From IMG/VR virus record IMGVR_UViG_3300035492_000075: DNA of 64,000 bases. One strand, given 5' to 3'. Under the pieces are notes generated by a model, which did no database searches, was not told the DNA's origin, and saw only the letters and a list, made by a program, of their open reading frames with translations. The position numbers and the translations under genes are program-made. Source of the stretch: a virus. Below, in pieces: positions 33,801-42,056 of this stretch; position 1 is the stretch's first letter, and each line of letters starts with the position of its first letter.

Positions 33801-35078
33801 TCCAAACAGGTATGAGTCACTAACTGTTTCATTCGCCCGCACGGTTCCATCTGCCTGAAACGCAATCCGCAGGCGGTCTAACGGTGTTAAATCGGTATAA
33901 TCACCATTCAACGAAGCACCAAAGTCCCATGCTGTGCACCGGGATGGGACAAATTCGTCCGCTCGAACGAATTCATACCCATCGCTAGTTTGTTCTGTCT
34001 TGTCCCCGTATCGAACGCGTCTGTTCGCCATCTGGTGATTGTCAGTTACCATGATGTCAACACCTTTCTTATGAAAATGGTACATCGTCCCGCTGAAAGG
34101 AAGCGCTACATACTCGGTCGGTTTAACGAACTCTACGGTGCGGTCGTGGTTTACCTGTGCAACCAAGTCTTCCGGTGTCAGATCGCGGAATAGTTTAAAC
34201 CCACGAGAAGTCAACACCTCTGTCTCTGGGTCATAACACATCGCCTTCACAGCCTTGTCAAGATATCCGTACAGGGGGAACTTACCAGTATGTTTGACAC
34301 GACCACCCTTCACCGGGTCATTGATAGAGCGAGTGTCGTATTCGATACCGATACCTGAGCGGTTTGCAGTCATCTCAAACGCAACGTGTGTAGCAGCACC
34401 AATCGACTGCATGGTATCGCCACCAGTGATCACACAGCAGGACGGTGCGCCTTGCATGGTGGTACGCTCACCATTCAGGGTTGGGGTTGGTAGGTTGATT
34501 TTGAGAGATTTAAACTCTTGGTACGCCTCAATCACGCTCTTCAGGCGGGTAGACGGGTGCTCATCACGGTTGTTGGACATCGCCATACCCATGCTCATCA
34601 TCTGAGGACTTTCATGACACACATCATTGGTGCTGATGGCGTACTTGTCGTAGAACTGCTTCAGGGTGGCATATTCATATGTGAAGTCAGCCGGGTGGTC
34701 GATGACAGCGTCAAGGACATCCAGTTCTTCGTCGGTGTACCCCATGAAGTCCCAGTGACCAGCACGAACCATGTAGGCGTAGTAGTCCTTCAGGGAAGGG
34801 ATAGAGAAGTCGCCAAATGCTTCTTTGTAGATTTGACCCAGCAGCAGACGAGCCGCCATCTTCACATGACCGCGATCCTTGCGTTCAACGCATGTCTTGA
34901 TCAGTGCATTGTGGATGTCTGACGATTTCGCGGTGTCTCCCAGAACTCGGATAGCCGAAAACAGCACATCAGACCACGACACGTCACACGTCTGGCTTGC
35001 CCATTCAGCCCATTTGTTGAGCTTGTCTGCGTCAAAAGCCTCGGTTGATCCGTCTCGTTTTATTACAAATTTAACCAT
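30843..35078 (-). CDS. nrdA: ribonucleotide reductase class Ia alpha subunit containing two inteins
   Basis: ATP-cone N-terminus (VIKRDGSTEAFDADK). Exteins sum to 762 aa and are colinear with NrdA (RGGSAT, SNL|CQEIAL, C-terminal CESCKL). Confidence 0.95.
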   Translation of the reverse strand: MVKFVIKRDGSTEAFDADKLNKWAEWASQTCDVSWSDVLFSAIRVLGDTAKSSDIHNALIKTCVERKDRGHVKMAARLLLGQIYKEAFGDFSIPSLKDYYAYMVRAGHWDFMGYTDEELDVLDAVIDHPADFTYEYATLKQFYDKYAISTNDVCHESPQMMSMGMAMSNNRDEHPSTRLKSVIEAYQEFKSLKINLPTPTLNGERTTMQGAPSCCVITGGDTMQSIGAATHVAFEMTANRSGIGIEYDTRSINDPVKGGRVKHTGKFPLYGYLDKAVKAMCYDPETEVLTSRGFKLFRDLTPEDLVAQVNHDRTVEFVKPTEYVALPFSGTMYHFHKKGVDIMVTDNHQMANRRVRYGDKTEQTSDGYEFVRADEFVPSRCTAWDFGASLNGDYTDLTPLDRLRIAFQADGTVRANETVSDSYLFGFSKKRKSERLEWLLRENQIPFHSEKTMSFGVSHVERMTKDGLYDFYRVKQPHFVLEKNLNWVYERSWSTKAALEFFDELRNWDGDYELKGNAICVFNTSVKEVADAVQFVAAVTNLRSSLVKYGSCYRTTVYNQHESTGESTKITTQPYDGMVYCVTVPTHILIVRRNGKTMVCGNTQVTRGGSATVTFTCLDPEVEMLLRLKSQRTDPKARIEHLDYSIVLKHLCIEKAARNEDWMLVSKYYAPRLWDLMYSRDTDAFRAEYDAVFNNPLIKKTILPARKVIDLFLYQRNDVSRIYPTFIDNVNKHTPFKEEIRLSNLCVAPETQILTDRGYVPIAELEGCNVPVWNGMEWSDVDVVKTGENQRLLKVVTDSGYELECTPYHKFYVFDGYGKPYKEVRAADLVAGDKLAKFDLPVIFGDGVELDKAYINGFYSGDGCLTKEGQRIYLYGEKRLLAEEFSGGSKWYANDNVKRQHKHYQDLREKFFVPSSGYSIESRLEWLAGYLDADGCVYRNGTNEQLAAVSINLPFLREVQMMLHTLGVSAKVKKMSDAGQQLFPLNDGSGELGYFDTKDAYRILLTSVDTQKLISMGLMCRRLKIEKRSVQRDAKRFVMVESVVDEGRVDDTYCFNEPKRHMGMFNGILTGQCQEIALVTKAIPSVESLSNIDSSGEIALCFLASIVVSRIEDAEDYIQTVYVAAKTIDNTIERTQYPYPRLEFTAKNRRSIGVGMTDVAHWMAKQGLKYDTVEGRNAIHRLAELHSFALHKASVRLAKERGACGWFHKTRYSEEKPWLPIDTYSKGVDEHHTQPLLCDWEGLREEIKRYGMRFSVLEAYMPVESSSVYTGSMNGPYPYREHQIYKKSKKGIVFFEAPGWETLSESYQWAYDIDHLDLVKFYAIIQKFTGQGISADFYTDLTSGRKKKLSELYQRLFLAAELGMKTWYYENFLTNTDDDEEKDTPIIQFDPISEHLEEDDDEEGSCESCKL
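31863..32843 (-). mobile_element. intein 2 (327 aa, LAGLIDADG type) at the catalytic SNL/C site of NrdA
   Basis: Starts CVAPETQILT after ...RLSNL and ends ...FNGILTGQ before CQEIAL. DOD motifs YINGFYSGDGC and WLAGYLDADGC. Codons checked at both junctions. Confidence 0.85.
33273..34238 (-). mobile_element. intein 1 (322 aa, LAGLIDADG type) in NrdA
   Basis: Starts CYDPETEVLT after ...AVKAM and ends ...KTMVCGN before TQVTRGGSAT. DOD-like motifs RIAFQADGT and FFDELRNWDGD. Confidence 0.85.
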
Positions 35079-35114
35079 TATTCCTCCGTTTAGCGACCCA
35101 AGCGGGCCAGATGG

Positions 35115-35360
35115 TTACAGGTGTTTCAGTGTTTGCCGTACAAGCAAATTCTCGTTGCACATTCTATCAGCTTCCATGAGGCTGGTGCAAGTGGTGTTGA
35201 GGTAATCTCCCTCGATGGTGACCGTACCGTCCATCAGAACGCGAATGACGTAGTCATAGTCCTGTAGGTTTTGGTCTCCGATGAAAATTCCACGCCCTTT
35301 CTCTTTGAGAACAAGGATCGGTTTGCGTGGGTATTCAGGTGATGGCATCATTGTGTGCAT
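35115..35360 (-). CDS. small hypothetical protein
   Basis: The listed start 35384 lies inside the terminator hairpin, so ATG 35360 (or 35351/35348) is more plausible. Confidence 0.45.
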   Translation of the reverse strand: MHTMMPSPEYPRKPILVLKEKGRGIFIGDQNLQDYDYVIRVLMDGTVTIEGDYLNTTCTSLMEADRMCNENLLVRQTLKHL

Positions 35361-35369
35361 CCTATTTAG

Positions 35370-35392
35370 AGGAAAGGGGAGCATTGCTCCCC
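35370..35392 (-). terminator. rho-independent terminator after rIIB
   Basis: GGGGAGC-AAT-GCTCCCC followed by TTTCCT on the minus strand. Confidence 0.55.
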
Positions 35393-35399
35393 AAAATCC

Positions 35400-36530
35400 T
35401 TATTCGATTTCGTTACTGAAGTCACTGTCAGGTGCATCATCGACTCGGCTGTTCGGGCCTTCTTCGAACGCAGCACCAGTGATACCCGGTTCGTCTCTGA
35501 AGATTTCACGAACGACCTTGTACTTACACACCCGCGCCTTCGCCTTCACTTGACCCTGCCCGTCGATACTGTAGTAGACTTTCGGGATCGACACGAAGTC
35601 AGCCGGGTCGACAGCACAGAGGACAACGCGTTGACCGCTGTACGATGCGAGGTATGCCTTGGAGCACACGTGAAGACCTGCTGAGCATGTGACGTTCGAG
35701 TCGCTGTCTACATTGAAGCGCTTCATCTCAACCGTTTTACCGATGCGGTTGTCGATCTTCCCGGTGTAACAGTCCCTGTAGTTGTCCTTGATGCGCTTGT
35801 AACACAGCACCATACCATCTTCGTCGATCTCGATGTCACTGGCGACCAAGAAGTCATACAACTCTTTCACAGCCCGTGGGGATGGGTTGTTCAACAGGCG
35901 CTCAGAGAAACGAATAAGACGATCTGGCTCTTTGCCACTACGAACCAGTTCGACTGCACGTTGCGCGAGGGTAGCTGGCATGTAGTGATGAGTGACGCCA
36001 TCATCGTATACCAGTTGCCCTCGCTCGGTATCCAGCGTGAAGAGACCGTATGTCAGCTTCTTCATCACGTATGCTTCGTCAAGGAACAGGAACGCCTCGT
36101 GTAGCTTACCTTCTTTCGCCAGTGCAGCAGCTTCATCGAACTTCGGCGCTCCAACACGAACGATCTGGCTTGCTGGTGCTTCGGAACCATCGATGCGAAC
36201 ACGGGTGATGTTCAGCAGGGTTGCGTCACCAACAACGAAGTAACGATAGTCATTCGGATCAACGATGTCATCATCGCTGTCTTCTTCGTCGTCCTCTTCT
36301 TCGAAGTCGTCCTCAACAACCAATGCCTCTGGTGCTGAAGATTCCTCTACCGCTGGGGAGGCAGAAACGCGCTTCGGTTCAGACTGAGAAAATTCAGCCA
36401 CGATTCGACCAACGGTACGAGCAGACACAGCGTGTTGCTCTGCTGTTCGTGTTTTGTTGTTGGTCTTCAACCATGTGTTGTAGATCGCCCGTTTGACGGA
36501 TTCGGGCATCTTTGAATTGCGATCAGACAT
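35400..36530 (-). CDS. rIIB: rIIB protein
   Basis: NNPSPRAVKELYDFLVASDIEIDEDG...CSAGLHVCSKAYL...VSIP...CKYKVVREI is colinear with T4 rIIB. ATG 36530 follows an AGGAGA SD. Confidence 0.85.
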   Translation of the reverse strand: MSDRNSKMPESVKRAIYNTWLKTNNKTRTAEQHAVSARTVGRIVAEFSQSEPKRVSASPAVEESSAPEALVVEDDFEEEDDEEDSDDDIVDPNDYRYFVVGDATLLNITRVRIDGSEAPASQIVRVGAPKFDEAAALAKEGKLHEAFLFLDEAYVMKKLTYGLFTLDTERGQLVYDDGVTHHYMPATLAQRAVELVRSGKEPDRLIRFSERLLNNPSPRAVKELYDFLVASDIEIDEDGMVLCYKRIKDNYRDCYTGKIDNRIGKTVEMKRFNVDSDSNVTCSAGLHVCSKAYLASYSGQRVVLCAVDPADFVSIPKVYYSIDGQGQVKAKARVCKYKVVREIFRDEPGITGAAFEEGPNSRVDDAPDSDFSNEIE

Positions 36531-38850
36531 TTGTAGTCTCCTTTTCATTTTCGTTGACCATGATAACATAATTCATGGAATGTTCAATCAGTTTTTTCGC
36601 GTTGATCACATCAGCGTCAGTGGCGTCAATAGTATCGTCATAGTCGTCATCCGCAACCGTCATGTCAGCAACAGTGTCAACCGCACGGGAAAACGCAGAC
36701 AACATAACCAACGGGTATCGGTGAGTGAACTCGATTACTTTACGCTTCCAATACTCTCTGAGATACGACATAACGAAGTTGGTGTATGCGATCATGTAGT
36801 CGTCACCGATTAGCTGGTACTCACTAACAGTAGTGTCATGCTCGGCATGTAGCTCAATGATCCGAGCAGATACCTTCTTCGCGAATGGATCGATATCATC
36901 GTCAAGCGCCATGATGGTCTTGAGCTGACGGAAGTTATCGGTGTAGTTGAAACGTTCATCTTGCATCACACGACGCAATGAACGCTCTTCGAAGTCATAT
37001 CCTCGTTCTTCAATAAACTCATCGACATGCGGTATACCGAGAGCGTCGATCTTTTTCTCATTGATTTTTGTTCGGCGTAAGATATACACCAGCTCGTCAT
37101 CGCCAACCTTCTTGGGGTCGATTCTGTTACCGAGTACCCGTTCGAATTCATATGTATCCATTCTACGTTTCCCAACAACAACGCACTTGTCATGGGAGTC
37201 GACGAAGTAGTAACGTCCTTTGAAGTCGTCGGGCACAGTGAGCAGCATCTGAGAAGCCAGATCGACCCGCAGCGAGTTCTTCATCTTAAAACGAGAGAGT
37301 TTGAAGAACCCAGCACGGAACGTATTATTGTCATGGCGGATGTGAACACCCTTCTTACGATTCTTCTTCCGCTCATCCAGCCACATCTGATGATAAACCG
37401 CGTAGTCGGTTACTTCGATCTTACAACCAAAGACCCGCTCAAGACGAGCAACGGTAGCATCCGTGATGTAATCGATGATGTAATCGAAGTGGTGCGGAAC
37501 AAACTCGTCAAATATCGTCTTCTTGTAAACGATCCCACTGTTGTTTCGCATGATTCGAAGTGGTTCGCTTAGAACACGGTTGCCAGCAGCATCAAACTCG
37601 AAGATATTGCTGTTCTCATCATCGTTTTCCGTTGCACGAATGTATGCTGGCTGGCAGGAAGCCAACACGCTCGTGTTCCTTGCGCGGGTGAACTCCAGTG
37701 ACCGTGTTCTCACTGTCTTGCGTCTCTTGAATCCGTTTGCACGAAAGACGTGTTTACCATAGTCAATATAGTCGAATGCGTTCATTTCACGCGTCTCGAC
37801 GTAATTCTTTACCCGCGTACCAAATTTCTGATTTAGAATCGCATTGCGATGCAACGGATGGATACTGTCATCGTTTGCGATATCGTAGAAGCCCTGAAGG
37901 CGGTCGCGAAGAGCGTCCCTGAACCGTTTCAGCAGGATTTCCTTTGACTCATCGGTGATCTGAAGCGCTTCACGAGATGTAGCAGGACGAACCTCACTCA
38001 CGTCAGTCTTGATGAACATCGGGGTGTTAACACCAAACAGGCGTGTTGACAAATCGATTTCATCGTATTCTGCACCGATGTTGCGAGCAGATACTGGGTA
38101 GGCAACAGGTCCAGAGGTAACCATGATCTCGGTTCCATCGACTGCTGCTTTCATACCAACACGGTCACGTGTGGCACTGAACCATGTGCTAGTCTCACGC
38201 ATAGCAGCAGGCGCGTCAGGATAAGCCAGACGGAAATCAGGGTGGATAACATCCGGGGTAGTCGGGAAGAAACTCAGGTAGAACGCTGCTTCCGCGTAGA
38301 ACTCATCGATGTCCTCTTCCGCAACAGGAATCTTCACCAGTACACCGTTCGGAGCAATGGTTGGTACTTGAGAGACGATTGTCATCATCGGGCCACCGAG
38401 TTCATCAAGATACATCATAGCCGTGATCTCAACCCCATCTTTGCGCATACGAACGGTGAACTGCTTGTTCTTGTATGCGAATGGGGTCTTGGAGCCCAGA
38501 CCAAATGCACCGGCAACGTCATCGCGCTCTGATTTGGTAGATTCACCCATGACACAGTAGACGTTGAACGCGTCTTCCTCATTCATACCGATACCGAAGT
38601 CTTCGACCTCAAAGTACGGGTGAATAGCGTTGGGAAGAACGACACGGAACGGCTTCTCAGGGCATCCGGCGTCTGCATGGGAATCATATGCATTGGTGCA
38701 GAGTTCGCGAACGATAGCAGCGATCTTGTACTGGTAGATACCAGAGAACAGGATTTCAAACATCTTCGCGTTTGCTTGGATGGATACTTTCTTCGACTTT
38801 GTACCTTCAAGCTGAGTGTACAGGTCAGAACGTTGAGTAGTGATCTTCAT
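36523..38850 (-). CDS. rIIA: rIIA protein (GHKL ATPase-like N-terminus)
   Basis: MKITTQR...MFEILFSGIYQYKIAAIVRELCTNAYDSH...EDFGIGM...GAFGLGSKTPFAY is colinear with the T4 rIIA N-terminus. Confidence 0.9.
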   Translation of the reverse strand: MKITTQRSDLYTQLEGTKSKKVSIQANAKMFEILFSGIYQYKIAAIVRELCTNAYDSHADAGCPEKPFRVVLPNAIHPYFEVEDFGIGMNEEDAFNVYCVMGESTKSERDDVAGAFGLGSKTPFAYKNKQFTVRMRKDGVEITAMMYLDELGGPMMTIVSQVPTIAPNGVLVKIPVAEEDIDEFYAEAAFYLSFFPTTPDVIHPDFRLAYPDAPAAMRETSTWFSATRDRVGMKAAVDGTEIMVTSGPVAYPVSARNIGAEYDEIDLSTRLFGVNTPMFIKTDVSEVRPATSREALQITDESKEILLKRFRDALRDRLQGFYDIANDDSIHPLHRNAILNQKFGTRVKNYVETREMNAFDYIDYGKHVFRANGFKRRKTVRTRSLEFTRARNTSVLASCQPAYIRATENDDENSNIFEFDAAGNRVLSEPLRIMRNNSGIVYKKTIFDEFVPHHFDYIIDYITDATVARLERVFGCKIEVTDYAVYHQMWLDERKKNRKKGVHIRHDNNTFRAGFFKLSRFKMKNSLRVDLASQMLLTVPDDFKGRYYFVDSHDKCVVVGKRRMDTYEFERVLGNRIDPKKVGDDELVYILRRTKINEKKIDALGIPHVDEFIEERGYDFEERSLRRVMQDERFNYTDNFRQLKTIMALDDDIDPFAKKVSARIIELHAEHDTTVSEYQLIGDDYMIAYTNFVMSYLREYWKRKVIEFTHRYPLVMLSAFSRAVDTVADMTVADDDYDDTIDATDADVINAKKLIEHSMNYVIMVNENEKETTNV

Positions 38851-38885
38851 GGGTAACCTTTTGAAGTGCGTTGAAAGGGTGTAGC

Positions 38886-39470
38886 TTACCAGAGGATGAC
38901 GTTGTTTTCAAGTGCTTCTGACCAGTTTTCGATATACCACATCTGTTCATCGGCAGACGTGTGTACATCTTCTCCCTCAAACGTCCGAATCATGTACTCT
39001 GCTGGGTAAAGACCGATAGCCGGGATACCAAGCTTGTGTGCTGCGACGAGACCGGCTACATCGGCACCAGTCTGTCCACCACTGCGAATCTCTTTGATCG
39101 GTACATAGGTCATGACGATCCGAAGCACGTCATATACGAACTGGTTGACGTCTTCCTGACGAATATGGTGCATGTAGAATGTAAACATGGTGTTACCGGC
39201 GATATTGAGTTTTGGTGATTCAATATCCCTGATCTCTCGGATGATCTGCATCCCAGCTTCCAGCCGTATGTGGTTCATCCGGTTGTGGTTGTCGATCCCA
39301 TCACGGTCGACGCCGACCATGGTGTAACGAGCAGCGGAACGCTTCGTTAGCTCACTCCCAGAACTGTTCTTGTTCACACAGAACAGGATTGTATGATCAG
39401 CTTGTTTCGCGTTCTCGATTGTCCGAGCCCGGTAACCGAATGTGTCGTGTTCTAAAAGTTCGATAGTCAT
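38886..39470 (-). CDS. SLOG-superfamily (YpsA / putative molybdenum-carrier-like) domain protein
   Basis: SGGQTGADVAGLVAAHKLGIPAIGLYP matches the GGQTGxDxAAL...GIPxGG motif. ATG 39470 lies just after the terminator. Confidence 0.55.
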   Translation of the reverse strand: MTIELLEHDTFGYRARTIENAKQADHTILFCVNKNSSGSELTKRSAARYTMVGVDRDGIDNHNRMNHIRLEAGMQIIREIRDIESPKLNIAGNTMFTFYMHHIRQEDVNQFVYDVLRIVMTYVPIKEIRSGGQTGADVAGLVAAHKLGIPAIGLYPAEYMIRTFEGEDVHTSADEQMWYIENWSEALENNVILW

Positions 39471-39497
39471 AAAATAAAATGGGGGCGAAAGCCCCCC
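39471..39497 (-). terminator. rho-independent terminator after the RNA ligase gene
   Basis: GGGGGC-TTTC-GCCCCC followed by ATTTTATTTT on the minus strand. Confidence 0.65.
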
Positions 39498-39502
39498 AGT
39501 CC

Positions 39503-40576
39503 TCACTTTTCTTTGAGAAGATATTTTGTTGAGACTGCTTTAAATGTGAAGTCACCTTCTTCTGACTTGAAGACGATGCCTTCTCGATACTTTCCGTTGA
39601 AAGCAGACGGACCAGTAGCCCATTCTTGGAGCTCTTCGTACAGCGGCAGTTCGGAGAAAGTCTTCAGAACCGGTACATAGTCCAGACCCATCAGTTTTAC
39701 CAGATGAGATGCTGCCGACGGCTTCAGATACTCTTGTGCATCGATATCGTATACGGAGTAAACGAACAGGCGGTGTTCCTCAAGATTCTCGAAGTTACAT
39801 TGAATGCCCGGTCCAACAACCTCGCCTTGAATTGCGAAATTACCAGATTCGCCCATCTTCTGAGAAAACTCACGAAGCTTTGCGTCGAGGTCGTATTTCA
39901 CGAACATGTCGTAGAAGACGTTCCCCGGTTTGTCTTTCTTCAGCTCAAGGTTTCGAGAACAGAAACCAGTCTCACCGTCGTTGATGTATGCAGTGAAAGA
40001 GCTACCATCCAGCTTCACAGAAACCTCGAACACCTCACCAGCAGCACGAGCATCTTCGTACTTGCGCTTGCAGTTTTGGTAACGTTCCTGATCTGTCTTA
40101 CGGATGAACGACGGAAAGTTACCCTTCGCCTCACCAGACAACACAGCACCAGACTGTTTCGGTTCGTACTTGATGATACCGAGACGGTAATCCAGTGAGA
40201 GAGCCATGTTCAGCATTTCGACAGCACCGTCTCGGTCGACGTAAGTCAGAAGAGATTCGGTGAGCTCACGAATCTCAGGGTCGGTGATAGGAATCAGAAG
40301 ACCCTGACTCAGCTCACCACGCAGCTTCATGGTTTTGATGCGAGCGTAACGTTTACCATCAACCTCACGCTCATTGCGACCAGCAAGGAACGCAAACTGA
40401 GGATCGTCCAGCGGCAACATGCTGTCGATTTCCATGTAGATGGCGATACATTGTGGTGAGAATTCACCTTTACGAACACAGACCTGCCATCCACCAATAA
40501 TGGCGAGTTCCAGTGAATCTGCATTTGGGTGTTCTTTGATCTCGTCAATAACGACCAGTTTAGCCAGTTTTCTCAT
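39503..40576 (-). CDS. ATP-dependent RNA ligase, DraRnl/Rnl5-like (N-terminal OB + adenylyltransferase)
   Basis: N-terminal VVIDEIKEHPNADSLELAIIGGWQVCVRKGEF...MKLRGELSQGLL and lysine motif VSVKLDGSS. Confidence 0.8.
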   Translation of the reverse strand: MRKLAKLVVIDEIKEHPNADSLELAIIGGWQVCVRKGEFSPQCIAIYMEIDSMLPLDDPQFAFLAGRNEREVDGKRYARIKTMKLRGELSQGLLIPITDPEIRELTESLLTYVDRDGAVEMLNMALSLDYRLGIIKYEPKQSGAVLSGEAKGNFPSFIRKTDQERYQNCKRKYEDARAAGEVFEVSVKLDGSSFTAYINDGETGFCSRNLELKKDKPGNVFYDMFVKYDLDAKLREFSQKMGESGNFAIQGEVVGPGIQCNFENLEEHRLFVYSVYDIDAQEYLKPSAASHLVKLMGLDYVPVLKTFSELPLYEELQEWATGPSAFNGKYREGIVFKSEEGDFTFKAVSTKYLLKEK

Positions 40577-40664
40577 CTTTTTTCCTCCGTGGAACTTCCA
40601 CAGTTAAACATGCTTTTTTTAAGTGGGCTTAATGGTTCAAAGAACACATCAAAACCATGCTGGG

Positions 40665-40694
40665 ATAATACATCACGAGCGGTGTCCAAGTCAA
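40665..40694 (-). promoter_or_regulatory. sigma70-like promoter TTGACT-N18-TATTAT
   Basis: Minus-strand hexamers at 40694-40689 and 40670-40665, about 90 nt upstream of the RNA ligase ATG. Confidence 0.5.
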
Positions 40695-40714
40695 ATTCTT
40701 TTTCGTGTTAATCT

Positions 40715-40996
40715 TCACGAATTCCCCGGTGGAAGGACGACCTCGAAGTATGGTTCGGCACACGGGCGGTCATCACACCTGTATGTTGCAACGAAACCTG
40801 CACCGTAAAATGCACGAGTAATTCTGCCTGCGTCGATGTCATTGTTGAGATGCCGAATGATGTCACTGCGATAAACACGAATCATCGACCCAGAAGACCG
40901 GATAAAACGTTCTGCTACTACATCTCGGATGAAGTCCCCAAACCCGTCAATAGGTTCACTACGCTCAACGAGCATTCTTACATCGTTTGCGTTCAT
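40715..40996 (-). CDS. hypothetical protein
   Basis: 93-aa ORF with an ATGA overlap with the upstream stop. Confidence 0.55.
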   Translation of the reverse strand: MNANDVRMLVERSEPIDGFGDFIRDVVAERFIRSSGSMIRVYRSDIIRHLNNDIDAGRITRAFYGAGFVATYRCDDRPCAEPYFEVVLPPGNS

Positions 40997-41478
40997 TTCA
41001 ATTTCCTTTTTCGTTGTGTACCGAATTCGATTACCAGCATCACGATTGGTTTGAGAATTTTACCATGTGGGGCAAGAGAATGCAACTTCCGTGGTTTGAA
41101 CAAGTGACCTTTTCCGCGTTCTGTAACCACTTCATACTCACGGTCGTCATCCCCAACGAATTTGAATGTAGCCCCATCAGTGTTGAAGATCACAAGGTTG
41201 ATCGGTGTTTCGACCATATCTGTATGGTGGATGACACCGTAGCTGTAGAGAACACATGCTGATTTCACAGGGGCATCACAGTTCTTGATGATCTCCTTGT
41301 TCTCCAGAAACAGTGGACTGATCATCTCAGTATGAACACCAGTCTCTCTACAGAAGCTGTCAATGGTCTTGGTATTGATACCCTTGTACTCCTGAAAGGC
41401 ATCGATGAATTTCAATGCCTTCCGGGTATCGACCTCGATGTTCCCATACAGGGACTCATATCGGCTGACGTTTGTCAT
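40993..41478 (-). CDS. possible 2OG-Fe(II) oxygenase-like protein
   Basis: HxD...H arrangement (VIHHTDMVE ... NLVIFN ... GATFKF ... KGHLFKPRKLHSLAPH) resembles the P4H-type jelly-roll motif order. Confidence 0.45.
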   Translation of the reverse strand: MTNVSRYESLYGNIEVDTRKALKFIDAFQEYKGINTKTIDSFCRETGVHTEMISPLFLENKEIIKNCDAPVKSACVLYSYGVIHHTDMVETPINLVIFNTDGATFKFVGDDDREYEVVTERGKGHLFKPRKLHSLAPHGKILKPIVMLVIEFGTQRKRKLK

Positions 41479-41483
41479 GGTGA

Positions 41484-42041
41484 TCAGCGCAGTTGGTTGA
41501 CACTGTCAGTGCCGGACTCGAACTTCTGATCGACATCACCGAGGGTGACGATCTTGAAGTCGTCCAGATCGACCTTCGGGTAGCCAGCGATGTCAAGCCA
41601 GAATCCAGACCAGACGTAGCTCAACGCGGCTTCGTAGTTGCGCTTCACATCAATGAGCTGCTTCTGTGACGCTGCAAACTCGTTACGACCGGCTTCCATA
41701 ACCTGCTGAATCTGACGATACAACATGGGGTCGAGGCTCATGTTCTGTTCCTGAATCCACTGGAACACAGCCTGAGAGCCATTCTCACCGTAGCGACCTT
41801 GGAAGGTAGCCTCAATGACGTCTTCGAGGTCATTCTTGAACATGTCAGGCACTTGGGCGATTTCCTGCACCTTCGTGGTGTAGTTGTTCAGGACAACCTT
41901 GTTCTCGTCGTATGTGGCGTTAAGGCGTGTCTCAAACTGCACACCCTTGTTCGCGTAGGTGACGTACATACCGACGGCACTAACACCAACCATCATGCCC
42001 AGAGACAGGATTACTGCCAGTACAATTGCTACTGCTTTCAT
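41484..42041 (-). CDS. lemA: LemA family membrane protein
   Basis: N-terminal TM helix followed by the YANKGVQFETRLNA...EIAQVP...FQGRYGENG...NEFAASQKQL...RNYEAALS LemA-type pattern. Confidence 0.8.
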   Translation of the reverse strand: MKAVAIVLAVILSLGMMVGVSAVGMYVTYANKGVQFETRLNATYDENKVVLNNYTTKVQEIAQVPDMFKNDLEDVIEATFQGRYGENGSQAVFQWIQEQNMSLDPMLYRQIQQVMEAGRNEFAASQKQLIDVKRNYEAALSYVWSGFWLDIAGYPKVDLDDFKIVTLGDVDQKFESGTDSVNQLR

Positions 42042-42056
42042 GATTTCTTTCCTTTT

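Noticed and set aside
35363-35369. CTAAATA motif directly abutting ATG 35360 as a promoter for the 81-aa ORF
   Set aside because: The motif ends only 2 nt before the ATG. A transcript starting downstream of it would lack this start codon and any SD. This is either a coincidence or the ORF start is further in, so it is not reported as a promoter.
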